A stretch of DNA of 63,642 nucleotides, counting the filler, from Chiloscyllium plagiosum (lineage: Eukaryota): assembly GCF_004010195.1 (NCBI RefSeq). It is 4 parts of one record of this genome, joined end to end, with 100 filler letters (N's around TTAATTAATTAA, not from the genome) between each part and the next. Parts side by side here need not be neighbours in the genome. Positions count along the whole stretch, not along the records: positions 1 to 12,446 come from NC_057713.1; 3 more parts are not named here. One strand, given 5' to 3'. Position 1 is the first letter of the stretch; each line of letters begins with the position of its first letter. Below the pieces are notes generated by a model. It did no database searches. It saw nothing but the letters and a program-made list of their open reading frames with translations, and was not told the DNA's origin. This document shows, in pieces, positions 1-12,546 of this stretch. Both the position numbers and the translations under genes were made by a program.

Positions 1-335
1 GTAAGGTCCTAGGGAGTGTTGCTGAACAAAGAGACCTTGGAGTGCAGATTCATAGCTCCTTGAAAGTGGAGTCGCACGTAGATAGGATAGTGAAGAAGGC
101 GTTTGGTATGCTTTCCTTTATTGGTCAGAGTATTGAGTACAGAAGTTGGGAGGTCATGTTGCGGCTGTACAGGACATTGGTTAGGCCACTGTTGGAATAT
201 TGTGTGCAATTCTGGTCTCTTTCCTATCGAAAAGATGTTGTGAAACTTGAAAGGGTTCAGAAAACATTTACAAGGATTTTGACAGGGTTGGAGGATCTGA
301 GTTACAGGGAGAGGCTGAACAGGCTGGGGCTGGTA
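1..335 (+). mobile_element. CR1 LINE ORF2 C-terminal fragment
   Basis: ORF 42-341 reads LYRTLVRPLLEYCVQFWS..ERVQ..LSYRERLNRLGL, the typical CR1 post-RT region. Confidence 0.92.
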
Positions 336-468
336 TTCTAGCTTGTCTCAACAAAAATGATGTGTTAAACTGGGAATGATTCTTTTGGCTATTCTCTGCA
401 TTTTCCCAACCCTTTGTGTTAGCATGGGTGAGGAGGTGGACACTGTGAGGCTTGATCAGGGCCTTAGG

Positions 469-2685
469 CCATAAGACCATAAGACATAGGTGCAAAAGTA
501 GCTCGTTCAACCCTTCTAGGCTACTTTATCATTCAATGAGATCATGGTATAGTTTTCTACCTTGTCCCCCATAATCCTTGATTCGCTTACTGATTAAAAA
601 TCTATCTTGATATTGATTGTACACAATGACCTAGCCTCAACAACCCTCAATGGTAAAAATTTCTACAGATTCACCACCCTTTATCAGAATGAAATCCACC
701 TAATCTCTGTTTTTAGCGGGTGACTCCTTACTCTGAGGTGATGCCCTCTGGTGCTAGACTTTCCCAGAAATAATAACAATTTTATACTTCAAAAAGTTCT
801 CCTGTCATTCTCCTAAACTGCTAAACGTAGTGAACCTTCTCCAGACTTCTTTCAAGGCCATATAATTCCTTAGATAAGGGGACCAAAATTGTTCACAGTC
901 TTCGAACTTTGATCTGACATGCGCCTTTTATAATTTTAGCAAAACCTCCTTACTTTTAGACACCATTCCTTTTGAATTTAAAGTCAATATTCCATTTGCT
1001 TTTCATATTACTTGTTGAACTTGGATGTTAACTTATTGTGATTAATGCATGAGATTCCCAGAACAAATCCATCAGTTCTGCAGCTTTCTGCAATCTTTCC
1101 CCATTTAAATATTCAGCTCTTCCTGCCAAAGTGCACAACCTCACTTTTTCCCACATTATATTCTATCTGCAAATTTTTGTTCAATTGCTCTGCTTATATC
1201 CTTCTGCAGATTCTGTGTTACCCCCACTAATTGCCTCCCCACGTATTTTTGTGTCATACATAAACTTTGTGACAGTACATTCATTTTCTTGCCTAAGTGA
1301 TTGATAATTATTATATATAGTGAATAATTGTGACCCCTGTATCGAACCCTGCAGCAGTCCACTAGTTATAGGACAACATCCTGAAAATATCTCCTTTATC
1401 TCAGTTTTCTGTCTTCTATTAGTTAACCAATCTCCTTTTCCAGACTACATCAATACCCCAAATATCATGGGCTCTTGTTTTATTAAGTATGACGTCTGGT
1501 ATTTATTGAGTGTCTTTTGGAAATCTAAATATTTTATATATTCAGGTTTACTTTATTTATCCTCCTTGGTACTTCCTCAAATCAATAAATTTGTCAGACA
1601 TGACTTTCTCTTCATGAAGCCATACCAACTCTGCTTAATCATTTTGCATTTTCATCTTTTATAACAGATTGTAACACTTCCCAATGACAGATGTTAAGCT
1701 AACTAGTCTGTTTTCTATTTACCTCCCTTCTGTGAACAAGTGTGTTACTTTAGCTGTCTTCCAATCCACTGTGACATTTCCAGAGCCTAAAGGTTCTTAG
1801 AAGACTACTACCAGTGTACTGACCATCTCCATACTTATTTCCTTTAGAATCCTAGGATGCACCTCACCACATCCAGGTAAGTTATCAGCCTTTAGTCTCA
1901 TTAGTTTACACTAGTTTTCGATGTGATAGTTGTTCTGTTTATTTTTTTTCTTCCATTTCCTTTAGTCCTTTCATTATTTAGTATTTTTGGAATGCTATTA
2001 ATATTCTCTACTGTTAAGATTTATGAAAAGTATTTGTTCAACACCTCTGACATTTTATGACTTCCCGTTATTATTTCCTCAGCCTTGTTCTTTCAAGGCC
2101 TACTTTACCTCTCTCTTTCTTTTTATATCTTTGAAGAAGCTTTGGATGTCCATTTTTACATTACTTGCTAGTTTGCCCTCACAGTTTATTTACTCCCATC
2201 TTTTGTTGGCTTTTAAAACTTTCCCAATTCTCTGACTTACCACCAGTCACTGTCACATTCTTTATTTTTATTCTCTCAATTTGACAATGTCCTTAACTTT
2301 CTTGTTTAGTCATGGTTGGCTTATTTCATTCTTAAAATTATTTTTCCTCATCGGGATGCATCTTTGCTATGTATCATGAATTAGTTTTTAAAGTCTATAC
2401 TTGATCATTAACTGTATTTGCTGCTAAACTCTCACCCCCAGTCCGCTCCAGCCACTCTGCCCTCATTTCCATGTAATTAACCTTATTTAAGTTTAGCACC
2501 ATTGTTTCTGACAAAAGTTTATTATGCACAAACTGAAAGCTACATTCTACCATGTAATGTTAGATGTTCACAAGGGCTTCTTTTACCAGAGATCATTTAG
2601 TAAACCTGCATCATTGCGCATTACCAGATCTAAAATCGTTTTATCTCTGATTGGATCCATAATATATTATTTGAAATTATCCCAG
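469..2685 (-). mobile_element. Decayed CR1 LINE (3' tail at left, RT region to the right)
   Basis: Starts with the ccataagaccataagaca tail also seen on the young CR1 at 58341; degenerate CR1 RT motifs on the minus strand. Confidence 0.75.
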
Positions 2686-3245
2686 ATTTGTAGCTCAGAT
2701 TGATGGTAAGTATGTAAGTTAGCTCGCTGAGCTGTTTTCAGACCTTTTGTCACCATGACTAGGTAACAGAGTCTCTGGTGAAGCACTGGTGGTATGTCTT
2801 GCCTCTCTATTTATAGGTCTTGGTTTCTTAAGGTGGGTGATGTCATTTCTGGTACTTTTTTTCAAAGGAAGGTCGATGGGATCTAAGTTGATGTGTTTAT
2901 TGATGGGGTTCTAGTTAGAATGCCATGTCTCTAAGAATTCATGTGTATGTCTTTGTTTCGCCTGTGCTAGGGTGTGTTGTCCCAGTCAAAGTGGTGTCCT
3001 TCTTTGCCTGTATGTATGGAAACTAGTGAGAGTGGGTCGTGTATTTTGGTGGCTTGTTGGTGTTCATGTATTCTAGTGACAAGTTTCCTGCTTGTTTGTC
3101 CGGTGTAGTGTTTTTTTACAGTTCTTGCATGGTATTTTGTAAATGATGTTAGTTTTGTTAGTAGTATCTTTAGCTTTAGATAAGAAAAGGAGATAATGGT
3201 TTGTGCGTTCATGTTCTATGTTATGTTGCAGTAGGTTTTCCTGGA
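2685..3245 (-). mobile_element. Penelope-like element, GIY-YIG endonuclease end plus 3' terminus
   Basis: Minus frames give NIIYKIPCKNC and YTGQTSRKLVTRIHEHQ..HHFDWDNT; same family as 21765-22575. Confidence 0.85.
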
Positions 3246-3802
3246 AACAAAACATGATTTCTGACTTAAATGAAATCAGTTTAAATTTAATTCAACATTA
3301 AAGCCAGAAAGTTACTTTGAAATGACTGAGATGTGATTATGAAATAAGAACCTTCAAAGATTCGATTCAGTTTAGCTACAATCATATCCAGCAGTGATCT
3401 CGATTACACTTGTTATTCTCCCAGATGGTGCACTCAAATGTCATTCAGGCGATAGGATGAAGAAGTGGTGACTTATTTTTGTCTACCAGTGGGAATAATA
3501 TCAGCTGAACACATGCCTTTGGACTTTTAAATGGAAGTAATTTCACTTTGAATCAATTTTAAAAAAGGGCATGAGAGTGCACAGGAGAACATTTTCACAA
3601 AGGCCAAGAAGGTGTGTGCAGGACTTGATGGTCTTTTTGTTGAATGATCTTTCATGTTTTTAATGATTCCTTTTATGCCAAGTCTAAATTGCAAAGCATC
3701 ATTGATAACCTTCTCAAATCATGCAACATTTGCTGTTTTATTCAGCATTCTTCCACAGAAGTATGGCCCAACTGCCAGAGATATTGTGCACATTGATAAT
3801 AT

Positions 3803-3961
3803 CATTTAAAAGGCATTTGGGCAGACAAATGAACAGGCAGGGAATAGACAGACATGGACCATGTACAGGCAGAAGGGATTAGTTTAGACTGATATTATGG
3901 TCAGCACCAGCATGGTGGGCTGAAGGGCCTGTTGTTGTGCTGTACTTTCTATGTTCTGTGT
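3803..3961 (+). mobile_element. CR1 3' end fragment
   Basis: catttaaaaggcatttgg...gggctgaagggcctgtt..gtgctgta..ctatgttct tail. Confidence 0.75.
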
Positions 3962-4004
3962 TAACAGCACTGGTTTGCATACACTTTTAGTTCATCATTT
4001 AAGC

Positions 4005-4415
4005 TGTTTTATTCATACATGTGGATGTGGATATCTCTGTGACTACCAGCTTCCATTCCTCATCCCAAATTGCTTTTAAGAAGGTGGAGGGTAAGCTGCC
4101 TTCTTGAACAGTTGCTGTCGACAGTTGCTGCAAATCCAGCAACAATGCTGTTAGGTAGGGAGTTCTGGCATTTTGATCTAGCAACAATGAGAGAACAATG
4201 ATATATTTTGTTGCATATTTTGTGTTGTGACTGTGTGTTTTAAAGTCAACTTTAGTGGTGCAGGTGTTGCCTAGCAGCTGACCTTCTTGCTGCTCTGGGT
4301 GATACAGGTTGAGGATTTGGGAGATGCTGTCGAAGCAGCTTGCGTGAGTTGCTGCAGTACACCTTGCAAAAGGTATGCTGCTGCCACTGAGCCTCAGCAA
4401 TAGATGGGCTGAATG
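4005..4415 (-). mobile_element. 3' end of a second LINE family (CR1/L2-clade-like), decayed
   Basis: Reverse-complement similarity to 14900-15250 and 56600-56670 within this window. Confidence 0.6.
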
Positions 4416-4998
4416 TTCATAGAGTGCATTAGGGATAGTTTCCTAAAGCAATATGTCATGCAGCCAATCAGGAACGGGTAGTGAATTAGGTTTAATAAAT
4501 ACCTCTGAGTAAAAAAAGTAGTGAGCATAACACGATCAAATTTAGCATTCAGTTTGAGTGCAAAATTTGGATCAGAAACAATTGTGTTTAACTTAATTGA
4601 AAGAAATCAACATGAAGCAAGGATAGAGTTAGCTTAAGAGGACTGGGCAGATAGCAGGAAAGACAGTGAGCAAGCAGTAGTGGATATTTAGGTGGGAAAT
4701 TCATGACTCTTGTAAAAGTATGGAGAAAAGTTTCTAAGACAGGGATAAACCAACCATTGCTAATCAAGGGAGTTGATTAAGGGAGTGTGAAATTGAAAAA
4801 CACGTAAGGAGGCCAAAGTCAGTAATAATCCCCAAGACTGGGATAAATCAGAATCCAGCAAAAGAGGTCTAAAAAGATAATAAAGAGAGAGAAAATAAAC
4901 TGAGAGGGCATACTAGCATGGAATGTAAAAACTGACAAGAAGAGCTTCTTTAAAGACATAAAATAGAAGAGAGAGGTCAAAATGAACATAAGCCCCTT

Positions 4999-5317
4999 TA
5001 GATTAGATTTTAGATTACTTTACAGTGTGGAAACAGGCCCTTCGGCCCAACAAGTCCACACCAACCCGCCGAAGCGTAACCCACCCATACCCCTGCATTT
5101 ACCCCTTACCTAACACTACGGGCAATTTAGCATGGCCAATTCACCTGACCTGCACATCTTTGGACTGTGGGAGGAAACCGGAGCACCCGGAGGAAACCCA
5201 CGCAGACACGGGGAGAACGTGCAAACTCCACACAGTCAGTCGCCTGAGGCGGGAATTGAACCCGGATCTCTGGCGCTGCAAGGCAGCAGTGCTAACCACT
5301 GTGCCACCGTGCCGCCC
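4999..5317 (-). mobile_element. HE1-type tRNA-derived V-SINE, full length
   Basis: Minus strand starts GGGCGGCACGGTGGCACAGTGGTTAGCACTGCTGCC (A box), has GGTTCAATTCC (B box), a CR1-like 3' end and an (AATCT)n tail. Confidence 0.92.
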
Positions 5318-6148
5318 ATAAATCTTAGAAAATAAATCTGAGGAAATAGTTATGGGGACAATTAAATGGCAGAGGAATTAAACAGATATTTTGCATTGTT
5401 ATTTACAATGGAAAATACTTCAAACATTCCATAAATACTAAAAAGTAAGAACCATGAATTAAGTACCATCATCATCATGAAAGAAGTAGTGTTAGAAAAA
5501 CTAATGGGGCTAAACTTAGTTCAGTCCCTTGATCCTGATGGCTTGTATCTGACAATCCTAAAAAATGTAACAGAAAAAATAGAGTTGTAATTTTTGAAAA
5601 ATCCCTGGATTCTGGAGACGTACCAGAGAAGTGGATAACTGCTAATAAAGTCATAGAGTTATAAAGCTTTACAGCATGGAAACAGACCCTCCAGTCCAAC
5701 ATGTTTAGATATCCTAAATTAACCAACTCCCACTTGCCAGCATTTGGCCCATATCCCTCTAAACCCCTTCTATTCATATACCCATCCAGATGCCTTTTAA
5801 ATGTTGTAATTGTACCAGCATCCACCACTTCCTCTGACAGCTCATTCCATACACACACTACCCTCTGCATGAAAATATTTCCCCTTCAGTCCTTTTTAAA
5901 TCTTTTTCCTCTCACCTTAAAGCTAGTTTTGGGCTCTCTCACAAGGTAAAAGACTTTTGGCCATTCAGTTTAGCGATGCCCCTCATGATTTCATAAATCT
6001 CTATCAGGTTACCCCTCAGCCTCCAATGCTCTGGGGAAAAATGCCCTCGCCCATTCAGCCTCTTCTTTGGCCCAAACTTTCCAATCCTTGCAGTATCCTT
6101 ATAAATCTTTTCTGAACCCTTTCAAGTTTCACAAAATCCTTCCTATAG

Positions 6149-8040
6149 CAAAGTTAAAAATCACACAACACTAGGTTATAGTCTAACAGGTTTATTTGGA
6201 AGCACTAGCTTTCGAGGCACTGCCTCTTCAACAGATGGTTGTGGAAATGACCACAGGACACAGAATTTACATCAAAAGGGTTACAGTGTCATGGAGTTGT
6301 AATGATATATTAAAGAACTTTAGTTAAAAATCACACAACACCAGGTTATTGCTCTTAAACAAATTTAGATTAAGTCTTTCTCCTTTTAGAATGGGATATG
6401 GTGGTTTAGGATCTTTAATATGTAAATCCCAGAATTACATTCTCAAGGTGGTGTCAAGATTAGCGTAGTGCTGGAAAAGCACAGTAGGTCAGGCAGCATC
6501 CAAGGAGCAAGAAAATAGACGTTTCGGGCAAAAGCCCTTCGTCTCAAGGTGGCATCTGCTTATCTAATAATAGGTGTTATCTCAGCTCAGACAATACATT
6601 AAATGTGTGAAGGTAAAGCCTGGACCAATGTTGAGTCAATTCTATTTCTAAAGTGGAGCTTACAGAATCTTACATGGATTTATGTAATTTTTGAGCAAAA
6701 TAAAATGTAATTCTGCAAAATTAAATTTACCCCATAAACTTATATGTACACATGTGCAGGAGAGACAGAGTGGGCATGTATGTGAGTGTGTGCATGTGAA
6801 ACAGTGTGTGTAAGCTTGGTCAAGTATGTGTATAAGTGTGATGGGGTATAACTTTGGGAGAGGGTGTGTGCGGGGTGTGCATGTATGGGCGTATGAGTAC
6901 AGTGGGGTCACCTGTAGTATGACATGAACTCAAGGTTCCAGTTGATGCCTTCCCCATGGGTATCCAACTTGGCTATCAGTCTCTGCTCGGCCACTTTGCG
7001 TTGTTGCTTGTCCCAAAATATACCGAGGAGGATGGTCACCTAGAGGTCCGAGGCCAAATGTCCCAGACTGCTGAAGTGTTCCCCAATGGGAGGGAACACT
7101 CCTGTCTGGTGATCATTGCGTGGTGTCCATTCATCATTGTCACAGCGATTGTCCAGCCTCGCCAATGTATCAAGCCTCAGGGCTTCCCTGCCTGCAGCGT
7201 ATGAGATAGACAACATTGGCTGAGTCACATCAGTCCCTGCTGCATACATGGTGGGTGGAGTCCCCACGTGTAATGGTAGAATTTGTGTCGATACGCTGAC
7301 ACATATTACAGCGGCTGCCGTGACAGGGTTGCATGGTGTTGAGATCGATGTTGTCCTGAAAGCTGGACAGTTTGCTGGGAACAATGATGTGTTTTACATT
7401 TAGTGGTTGTTTAAAGGTGAGACGTGGCGGCATAGGGAAGGTCTTAGCAAGGCATTTGTCCTCATCGATAATGTGTTACAGGCCGCGAAGAACATCACGT
7501 AGTCTTTCGGTGTGCACATGCACACATATAGGCTTATGGGGTGAATTTGTATTTGCAGAATTACATTTTATTTTGCTCAAAAACTGCATAAATCCATGTA
7601 AGATTCTGTAAGTCCCACTTTGGAAATAGAATTGCCTCAACATTGGTACAGACTTTACCTTTGCACATTTAATGCATTGTCTGAACTAAGATAACACCTA
7701 TTATTAGATAAGCTGACACCACCTTGAGAATGCAATTCTGGGATTTACATTTTAAAGAACCCAAATCACCATATCCCATTCTAAAAGATGAAAGACTTAA
7801 TCTAAATTTGTATAAGAACTATAACCTGGTGTGTGATTTTTTAACTAAAGCTGTTTAAGATATCATTATAACTCCATGACACTGTAACCCTTTTGCCATA
7901 CGGTCATGTTCCACAACCACCTGATGAAGAGGCAGTGCATCGAAAGCTAGTGCTTCCAAATAAGCCTGTTGGACTATAATCCAGTGTTGTGTGATTTTTA
8001 ACTTTGTCCACCCCAGTCCAGCATCGGCACCTCCAAATCA
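6149..8040 (-). mobile_element. Penelope-like (Neptune-type) insertion with long inverted arms
   Basis: Arms ~6149-6758 and ~7513-8005 are reverse complements; minus ORF 7230-7433 FKQPLNVKHIIV..PCHGSRCNMCQ; degenerate TSD atccttcctatagca / atccttccaatatca. Confidence 0.85.
6457..6541 (-). mobile_element. Short PLE 3'-end insertion (family B) inside the left arm of the larger PLE
   Basis: TSD tctcaaggtgg at 6441-6451 and 6542-6552; the right arm (~7700-7730) has the empty site; contains rc of gaagggcttttgcccgaaacgtc. Confidence 0.85.
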
Positions 8041-8721
8041 TCCTTCCAATATCAGGGAGACCAGGACTGCATGCAGTATTCCAAAAGTGGCCTAACGAAT
8101 GTCCTATACAGCAGCAACATGAATTCCCAACTCCTACATTCAATGCTCTGACCAACAAATGCAAGCATACCAAATGCCTTCTTCCCTATCCTGTCTGGAA
8201 CTCCACTTTCAAGGAACAATGAACATGCACTCCAAGGTCTTTTTGTTTGGCAATATTCCCCAGGACCTTACCATTAAGTGTATAAGATCTGTTCTGATTT
8301 GTCTTTCCAAAATGCAACACCTCACATTTATCTAAATTAAACTCCGTCTGCCATTCCTCAGCCCATTGGCCCATCTGATCAAGGTCCCATTGTACTCTGA
8401 GGTAACCTTCTTTGCTGTCCACTACACCTCCAATTTTGATGTCATCTGTGAACTTACTAACCATACATCCTATGTTTCTATCCAAATAATTTATATAAAT
8501 GATGAAAAGAAATGGACCCAGCACTGATCATTGTGCCATGCTGCTGGTCAGAGGCCTCCAGTCTGAAAAGCAACCCTCCTGCCGTCTTCTACCTTTGAGC
8601 CAGTTCTTTATCCCTATAGCTAGTTCTCCCTATATTCTGTGACAACTCTATTCAAAAAGGAATGGAGGTAAAATGCAGGAAACTATAGGCAGATTAACTT
8701 AACATCTGTTATTTGAAAAGT

Positions 8722-9598
8722 ATTGGAAACAATTATTAAAGAAGCAATAGCAGAACATTTGAAAATCATAAAGAAATGAAGCAGTTAGTATAACTTCACT
8801 AAAGGGAAATCATGTCTAATTTTATTAGAGTTTTTGATGAAGTCTCAACCACGTGGACCAAGGGGAACCAGTAGATGTGTTGTATTTCAACTTCCAGAAA
8901 GCATTCAACAAGATACGTCACAAAAAATTAAGTGAAGAGATGCTTGAAAGAAGGGTCACTGGACTCGAAGCATTAACCCTGCTTTGTCTCCACTGATGCT
9001 ATTTTGTGGAGGTGCCGATGTTGGACTGGAGTGAACAAAGTTAAAAATCACTTGACACCAGGTTATAGTCCAACAGGTTTATTTGGAAATACAGTTTATT
9101 TTTGAGCTCTGCTCCTTTGTCAGGTGGCTAGTGTTTGGAAGTACAAGCTTTCCAAGTGCTGCTGCTTTGTCAGGTAGCTAGCTACCTGATGAAGGAGCAA
9201 CTGTCCAAAAATTTGTACCTTCAAACACTAACTACCTGACAAAGGAGCAGAGCTCCGAAATAAACTGTACTTCAAAATAAACCTGTTGGACTATAACCTG
9301 GTGTCAAGTGATTTTTAACTTTGTTCACTCCAGTCCAACACCGGCACCTCCACATCATAGCGTCAGTGGAGACAAAGCATCTCTTGACTTAATTTTTTGT
9401 GACGTATCTTGTTGAATGCCTTCTGGAAGTTGAAATACAACACATCTACTGGTTCCCCTTGGTCCACGTGGTTGAGACTTCATCAAAAACTCTAATAAAA
9501 TTAGACATGATTTCCCTTTAGTGAAGTTATACTAACTGCTTCATTTATTTATGATTTTCAAATGTTCTGCTATTGCTTCTTTAATAATAGTTTCCAAT
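8722..9598. repeat. 877-bp near-perfect palindrome: PLE foldback core plus an inverted copy of flanking CR1 DNA
   Basis: Centre caggtagct|agctacctg (9171-9188); the outer arms match as reverse complements except for a 39-nt segment missing from the right arm. Confidence 0.92.
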
Positions 9599-9719
9599 TC
9601 ACTGTTGGACTATAACCTGGTGTCGTGTGATTTTTAACTTTGTCCACTGATGTTGCCAGACCTGCTGAAATTCTCCAGCAATTTTCATTCTTGCTTTTAT
9701 GTTCAATTCATTTTGCAAT

Positions 9720-10580
9720 AAAGGACAACATGTCAATAGCCATTTTTATGACTTCTGTACCTGTATAATATGTTTCTGTGACTCAGGCTCTAACACACCA
9801 AGATCATTCTGCAGATCAGACCTTGACATATTGTTGACATTTTCCCACAATAATTCCATCTGATAGATTTTCTGTTCTCCTACTCAACCAATCTATATTG
9901 GTCTGTAACTCCTCATATTCCCTTAATAACATTCTTTCTTAACTATAGAACATAGAGCAGAATAGCACAGGAATGGGCCCTGTCTTTGTAGGGGAATTGG
10001 TCTGGGTGGGTTACCCTTCAGAGGGTTGGTGTGGACTTGTTGGGCCAAATGGCCAGTTTTCACACTGTAGGGATTCTATGATTTTATGTCATCTGAAGTT
10101 TTACCTTCCTTGTCTTTACTACCCTCATTTAAGTCATTGACATAAATAGTAAAAAGTGTACTTTTCTGAAGGATGTCATTCATCATCTCCCATCAATCAA
10201 TAAAAGATCTATATCTGCAAACTATCTGTTTCTTGCCAGCCAACCACTCTCTGGTTTGAATGAACTTTTCCTGAAGCTAGCTAATTTTGTAAGCATAAGA
10301 CCAACTCATCTGCTATTTCATTAACATCTTCTGCTAAGACCCTAGGAGGAAATTCATCTGGACCCAGGCACTTGTCAGCTTGCAGCTCCATTAGTTTGCT
10401 CAATACCACTTTTCTGGTGATTATAAATGTTACCAAGTTTTAGTCTCTTTTTTGAATCTCTTGATTTGGAGCTCTTATTCAAAGATTTTTTTGTTCCTCT
10501 GTTGTGAAGACAGAACATGCCATCTGCTACTTTCCTATTATCTGTTAATAACACCCCATTATCAGTCTCAGAATAATCAA
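9720..10580 (-). mobile_element. Highly decayed CR1 fragments with short CR1/SINE tails inserted near 9945-10085
   Basis: Degenerate CR1 RT motifs; gggttggtgtggacttgttgggcc..cacactgta SINE 3' end. Confidence 0.55.
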
Positions 10581-10582
10581 TA

Positions 10583-11170
10583 TGGATTTACAAGAATGTT
10601 ACCAAGACTGGAATATTTGAGTTATAAGGAGAGGCTGGATATGATCATTTCCCTGGAGTGTAGGAGGCTGAGGGGTGACTTATAGAGGTTTATAAAATGG
10701 TGAGGAGCATAGATAAAGTGTGGGCATAGGTTTAAGGTGAGAGGGGAAAGGTTTTTTAAAAGGGACCTGAGCAGCAACTTTTTCATGCAGAGGGTGGTGC
10801 ATATATGGAACCAGCGCTGAAAATGTGTTGCTGGAGAAGCGCTGAAGGAATTCCTGAAGAAGGGCTTATGCCCGAAACGTCGATTCTCCTGTTCCCTGGA
10901 TGCTGCCTGACCTGCTGCGCTTCTCCAGCAACACATTTTCAGCTCTGATCTCCAGCATCTGCAGACCTCACTTTCTCCTCATATATGGAACCAAGCTGCC
11001 AGAGTAAGTGTCGAGGTGAGTAAAATTAAAAGACATTTAGACAAGTACTGGATAGGAATAGATATGGGTCAAACATAGGCAATTGGAATTAGTTCAGATT
11101 AGTAAGCCTGGTTGTCATGGCCGAGTTGAGCCAAAGGACCTGTTTCTGTGCTCTGTATCTCCATGATCTT
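10583..11170 (+). mobile_element. CR1 3' end, interrupted by a PLE fragment
   Basis: FTRMLPRLEYLSYKERLD..SLECRRLRGDL in ORF 10452-10685; CR1 3' tail. Confidence 0.85.
10814..10979 (+). mobile_element. PLE family B foldback mini-insertion
   Basis: Perfect 14-bp TSD catatatggaacca (10800-10813, 10980-10993); short inverted left arm; hammerhead-like core at 10854-10881. Confidence 0.9.
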
Positions 11171-11184
11171 GGTGATAGTGATGC

Positions 11185-12150
11185 TATTTAATTACTTTCC
11201 CACATTCTTTATATTAATGGAATGTCTGAAGTATCTTCCACTGTGATGACTGATGCAAAATATCTCTTTATTTCCTCTGCAATTTCCATGATTCTCATGA
11301 ATCCGTCCCCAGATTCATTTCTTAAGGGGCCAATGTTCACTTTGACCTCTAACTTCATTTTTACAAGTTTAAAGAAGGTCCTATTGTCAGTTTTTCCATT
11401 CTTCACTAGTTTGCCCTTATCGTTAATTTTCTCTTTCTTTATTACCTTTTTAGTCCATTTTGCAGGATTCTGATTTTATCCCAGGCTTTGGGGCTATCAC
11501 TGACTTTAACCTCCTTATATGCGTTTTCTTTCAACTTTATACTCTCCTTAACTTGCCTGGTTAGCCATATTTTGTTTATCCCTTTCTTAAAGTATTTTTT
11601 CCATACTGGTATGTATTTTGCTGAAATTACCTCCTCAAATATCGGATGCTCTAATTTCTTGCTCTGGATTAACTTTTACTCTTTGTCTGTCATTCTATGT
11701 ATTCTGACTAATCATCTGACCTGCCATTCATCTTTGCAACTATGTCGATTTTTCCTTAAATTTGATGCTTTCCCTTACTTCTTTAGTTAACCACGGATGG
11801 CGACTCCTCCCATCAGAATTTTTCTTGATCGTAAAATATGCTTATTCTGAGATTTCTAAGCTATCCCCTGAATTGTCTACCACAACTTCTTTACTGATCT
11901 ATCCCCTAACCTTGAATGCCAGTTCACCAGTTAACTTAACTTTCATACCCACACAGTTGCCCTAATTTAGATTTAAAATACTGGTCTTATACTGAAAGGT
12001 TTCCCTTTCAAATGGATGTAAAATTCAATTATATTGTGATTATTGCTTCTTTGAGGTAATTATTTTAACTAGTCTCACTTCACAATACCAACTCTAATAT
12101 AACCTATTGTCTGGTTGATTCCAGAATGCGTCACTCAAGGAAACTATCTT
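11185..12150 (-). mobile_element. Decayed CR1 ORF2 N-terminal fragments
   Basis: ORF 11209-11406 VKVNIGPLRNESG..MEIAEEIKRYFASVITVED. Confidence 0.75.
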
Positions 12151-12162
12151 AAAAGCATGAAT

Positions 12163-12446
12163 GGGGGGATCCAAGATGGCGGCGACCCAGTAAGACTGAG
12201 TCTATAGTGCTCCTCCTAAGACTTGGGCACAGTGGGTCACCCACCCCCTACCAAGCACACCAAATCATTTATAATAGTTTTGTAATTCAATTAGTTGTGT
12301 AATATTACATTTAAACAATTTAATCCTAAGTTAAAATGACTAAAGGGAAGGGAGCCCGCAGCTCCCAGCAAGCAGGAACCCCTCCCCTACACTCTCCAGC
12401 TGCAGCAGAGGCGTCCACAGCCGCCCCGGGGGACTTACCAACAGTA
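12163..12446 (+). mobile_element. 5' end of an L1-clade LINE (5' UTR and probable ORF1 start at 12336), cut by an assembly gap
   Basis: Begins GGGGGGATCCAAGATGGCGGCG; preceded by TT/AAAA (12149-12154), the canonical L1 endonuclease site; CpG-retaining. Confidence 0.7.
12172..12183 (+). promoter_or_regulatory. YY1-type motif CAAGATGGCGGC at the L1 5' terminus
   Basis: Matches the YY1 consensus, at a position analogous to the site in mammalian L1 internal promoters. Confidence 0.6.
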
Positions 12447-12546
12447 NNNNNNNNNNNNNNNNNNNNNNNNNNNNNNNNNNNNNNNNNNNNTTAATTAATT
12501 AANNNNNNNNNNNNNNNNNNNNNNNNNNNNNNNNNNNNNNNNNNNN
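12447..12546. other. Assembly gap spacer (44 N + TTAATTAATTAA + 44 N)
   Basis: Identical 100-nt construct at three places. Confidence 0.97.

Larger units (their letters stand above)
5650..8638 (-). mobile_element. CR1 LINE RT/3' end, interrupted by a PLE at 6149-8040
   Basis: ORFs 5475-5870 (QRVVCVWNEL..FKRHLDGYMN) and 8186-8524 (LGPFLFIIYINYLD..SKFTDDIKIGG). Confidence 0.9.
4420..8935 (+). mobile_element. Old CR1 ORF2 split into three pieces (4420-4998, 5318-5646, 8639-8935) by later insertions
   Basis: ...tggataactgctaat at 5646 rejoins gtgacaactctattcaaaaagg at 8639 to give W-x-T-A-N-V-T-x-L-F-K-K of the CR1 RT N-terminus. Confidence 0.8.

Noticed and set aside
5245..5317. tRNA gene suggested by A and B boxes
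   Set aside because: It is the SINE head, continuous with the SINE body and tail.
5025..5335. Recurrent small ORFs MWKQALRPNK.. and MANSPDLHIFG..
   Set aside because: Antisense translations of HE1 SINE copies.
12491..12502. TTAATTAATTAA palindrome inside N runs (also 30781-30792 and 58992-59003)
   Set aside because: Identical 44N-12nt-44N construct three times, with stops in all six frames: an artificial scaffolding spacer.
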